A program made the position numbers and the translations under genes. Of a stretch of DNA of 64,000 nucleotides, positions 62,092 through 64,000 are shown piece by piece. Positions within the stretch are counted from its first letter, which is position 1. Every line of letters begins with the position of its first letter. The notes under the pieces are model-generated. The model had not been told where the DNA came from. It saw only the letters and a list, made by a program, of their open reading frames with translations, and did no database searches. Source of the stretch: Narcine bancroftii (Eukaryota); NCBI RefSeq assembly GCF_036971445.1, contig NC_091469.1:417074001-417138000 (forward strand), in the 5' to 3' direction.

Positions 62092-64000
62092 GTTTAGTTG
62101 GATGATTAATGGACCATTGGGGGGAAGAAAAGAGGTTCAAAATCAGTCGGCTATAAGTGTCAACAAGATATGGATTGTTAAGCTTGATAAGCTGTTGGAG
62201 CAGCAGTTCAAGAATGACTTACCTGAGAACCCCAGGGGTGACCAAGAACTTTCAAAGGAAGACCAGCTTTCTTGGAATCGGTGACAAAATCTGCCAAGCT
62301 GGTTAATTATCATTATTGCATTGGATTACCTTTGAAGAAAAGGGAAATATTCATGCCTGATAATCAAAGCATTTTCAAACAACATACACTGAATATAAAG
62401 AGAAGATTCAAGAAAGATTCTTCCTTTCATTCAGACTGCACGAAATGCGTGTCTAATATAATATCCAAAGGTTATGCAGACAAGGTACCAGATGATACCT
62501 TGGAACATAGTGAAGGTAAAAAAATGGTACTTACCACACCATGGGGTTTTGCATCCACAGAAGAAAAATCTTTGTGTGGTGTTTGATTGTGGAGCAACCT
62601 TTCAGGGAATTTCACTAAATTCTCAACTCTTACAGGGCCTTGATTTGACCAGTGTGTTGATAGGAGTCTTAACTAGATTCCGTAAAGAACTTGACATCAT
62701 TACTGCAGACATTGAAGCAATGTTCCATCAGGTGAAAGGACCGAATGAAGACCGTGACTTGTTACGATTCCTTTGGTGGCCTCATGGAGAGTACAGTCAG
62801 AACATGCTGGAATACAGAATGACAGGAGCGACTTCATCACCAATTGTGCAAATTTTGCTCTTAGGAAGTGTGCTGAGGACAATATGGAACAATTTAGCTC
62901 TCAAGCAATAAGCAGCATCAGGAATAACTTCTATGTGGATGACCATCTCACTTCTGCAGCTTCAGTAAAAGAAGCAATAGCTGTTCATCATGAGTTAAGT
63001 GTGATCTGCAGAAAAGGAGGATGGACAAGTAACAGTCGCTAGGTATTGGCTGCCAAACCTGAAAGAAAGAGGGAAGAAGAAATGAAGAATTTGGACATAG
63101 ACCATGACAACCTTCCTATTGAGAGGGTGTTCAGTGGACAATGGTGTGTCCAGTGTGATGTTTTTAAGTTCAAAATCATTTTGAAGAACCAACCTTTCAC
63201 AAGAAGGAGGACTCTATCAACAGTCAATTCGATATATGATCCTCCAGGAATATTGGCACCAGTTGTTCTGACTGCCAAGAAGATACTGCAAGATTTGCGT
63301 TGGAAAAGGATTGGTTGGATTGATGAGATACCAGACTCCATTGTACAGGAATGGACGTGTTGGATTCAGGATCTTTGTAAGTTGGAAGACTTCAAGATTG
63401 ACAGATGCTTTAAGCCCACAAATTTTAGAATTGTAACATCTGTTCAATTGCAAAATTTTGCTGATGCCTGTGAGGACGGTCACCTGTTACTGCATGATAA
63501 CAAGGATCAGGTACATTTTGGATTTGCAATGGGAATGACCAGGGTGGCTCCACTGAAATCAGTCACTATCCATGAATGGAGTTGATGGCTGCTTCCATGG
63601 TGAGTGAAATGCACACAATGTTGAAAAGAGAGTTGCAAATGAAACTAACAGACTCCATATTTTGGACTGATAGCACATCTGTGCTCAAATACGTCAACAG
63701 TAAAACCACCAGGTTTCGAACTTTCGTGGCTAACAGAATCACTGAAGTTGATAAAATCTTATGTTCAAAACAGTGGAAATATGCTGATCTGGCTTCCCGG
63801 GGTTTTTAAGTAGTATTTTTTTGAAGAAAGAAGTGTGGGTAACTGGGCCTCAGTTTCGTCTACCATCTCAAAAGGAGTGGCCTCAAAATCTTGATAAATT
63901 AAAAGAAATTTTACTAGAAGACCCTGAAAATCAGAAGTAAGGCTACCAATAGTGTTCAGATAATGTCTGACAAATGGATTCAGATACCCACTTAATAATC
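62092..64000 (+). mobile_element. BEL/Pao LTR retrotransposon pol fragment (RT plus RNase H), disrupted
   Basis: [89 protein letters not shown]; frameshifted. Confidence 0.93.

Noticed and set aside
9585-63809. Reverse transcriptase ORFs as retron, DGR or a novel RT system
   Set aside because: All carry family-diagnostic motifs of CR1, RTE, Rex1, L1 or BEL retrotransposons, with tails, TSDs or frameshifts.

Overview
AT-rich, repeat-dominated vertebrate genomic DNA, most likely a cartilaginous fish (ray/shark). That assignment is inferred from HE1/V-SINE-like SINEs and the mix of CR1, Rex1/Babar, L1-Tx1, RTE and Penelope elements. One host gene is recognisable: the 3' half of ZCWPW2 (zf-CW/PWWP histone reader associated with the PRDM9 pathway) on the + strand. 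Its phase-consistent exon chain is 783-897, 16520-16596, 17300-17361, 33222-33469, 38171-38304 and 48379-48546 (stop), with AATAAA signals near 48790-48817; the CW and most of the PWWP exons lie upstream of the window. Most of the remainder is transposable elements, mostly decayed: CR1, Rex1/Babar, L1/Tx1, RTE, Penelope, Gypsy and BEL/Pao LTR elements, pogo/Tigger and hAT transposons/MITEs, and V-SINEs. Several insertions have verifiable target-site duplications and nested histories. The best leads are a young RTE copy with an uninterrupted ORF (horizontal-transfer candidate), hammerhead-like cores with a recurring U-for-C variant in Penelope terminal repeats, a conserved unnamed ZCWPW2 C-terminal motif, an expanded and ambiguously spliced ZCWPW2 linker, and an orphan exon downstream of the gene. 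I found no support for a wholly new multi-gene system. TE boundaries without stated TSD/TIR evidence are approximate, and all homology calls are from memory, not searches.
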